Part shown: piece after piece, positions 63,153 to 64,000 of the stretch
Numbering within the stretch: the first letter of the stretch is position 1
Layout of the letters: each line of letters begins with the position of its first letter
Origin: Heptranchias perlo
Lineage: Eukaryota
Length of the DNA stretch: 64,000 bases
NCBI RefSeq assembly: GCF_035084215.1
Contig: NC_090354.1
Span: forward strand, 10,664,001-10,728,000
Reading direction: 5' to 3'
The notes under the pieces: model-generated
Database searches by the model: none
Seen by the model: the letters and a program-made list of their open reading frames with translations, nothing else
Told to the model about the DNA's origin: nothing
Made by a program: the position numbers and the translations under genes

Positions 63153-64000
63153 ATAAACAGAAATAATATATTTTTAAAAATGAATTAGTTGAAAATAAAG
63201 AAGCTGCTACCAGATTGGAAAGAAATTACAAAAGAATGTATTTTGATATATTAAATTTGCAAATACAGCAAATTAATACAATAAATTACTGGTACAAAAT
63301 CTACAGCACTGAAGGTGGCCGTTCAGCCCATCATAACTCTGCCGGCTCTTTGAAAGAGATATCCCACTCCTTTGCTCTTTCCCCATAGCCCTGCAATGTT
63401 TTCCCTATTAAGTGTGCATCCAATTCCAATTTTGAAATTTTCCATTGAATCTGCTTCCACCATCCTTTCACACAGTGCAGTCCAGATCATAACAACAGAT
63501 AATTACTGGCTGAGTAATTTTCATTTTCCCTTTGGTTCTTCTGTCTTAACGATGTGTCCTTTGGTTAGCAACTCTCCTGCCAATGGAAACAGTTTCTCCT
63601 TATTTACTCAATCAATACCCCTCATAATTTTGGACACCACTATTAAATCTCCCTTTCACCTTCTCTGCTCTAAGGAGAACAATCCCTGCTTCTCCAGTCT
63701 CTCCACATAACTGAACTCTCTCATCCCTGGTATCATACTGGTAAATCTCATCTTAACCCTCTCCAAGGCTTGTAAGAATATGAGAAAAGACAAAGTGGAT
63801 TCAGTAATATAAAAGGCTCACGGGGAGTTTTTGTTAAAAAAGTTATCCAACAATTGAAAATGTCATGACCAAAACGTCTGGAATTGTAATTGTTTGTGTC
63901 CCAGGTGCTCCACGGTACTCAGCTGCATGACTGACTAAGACATCACATTTGGACACCTGATTGAAACCTTCACTCCTTTTAAATCTCACTGCACTCTGAC

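Larger units (their letters stand above)
34795..64000. repeat. Tandem segmental duplication array of hsp30 units (~4.5-6.4 kb)
   Basis: Minus-strand ATGs at 34795, 41108, 45606, 50082, 56482, 61232 (spacings 6313, 4498, 4476, 6400, 4750); each unit repeats promoter, spacer, SINE and CR1 remnants. Confidence 0.92.

Overview
Vertebrate genomic DNA, very probably a cartilaginous fish (shark-type CR1 LINEs and Deu-domain tRNA SINEs; inference). 1-19.1 kb holds the first 10 coding exons of KAT2A/GCN5 on the minus strand; the gene continues off the left edge. Head-to-head with it, across a ~380-bp ZNF143/NRF1-type bidirectional promoter, is a three-exon gene the ORF track misses entirely. It splices to the 25-aa ribosomal peptide RPL41/eL41 ([25 protein letters not shown]). 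28.5-64 kb is a dynamic array of intronless, HSE/TATA-driven small heat-shock genes (HSP30/HSPB9-like): 8 intact ORFs in two sequence subtypes, one pseudogene carrying a nonsense codon and a solo LTR, and four 3'-only remnants. The array is built from ~4.5-6.4-kb duplicated units with mosaic (gene-conversion/unequal-crossover) structure and continues past the right edge. All calls are by eye, with no database searches; TE boundaries are approximate.
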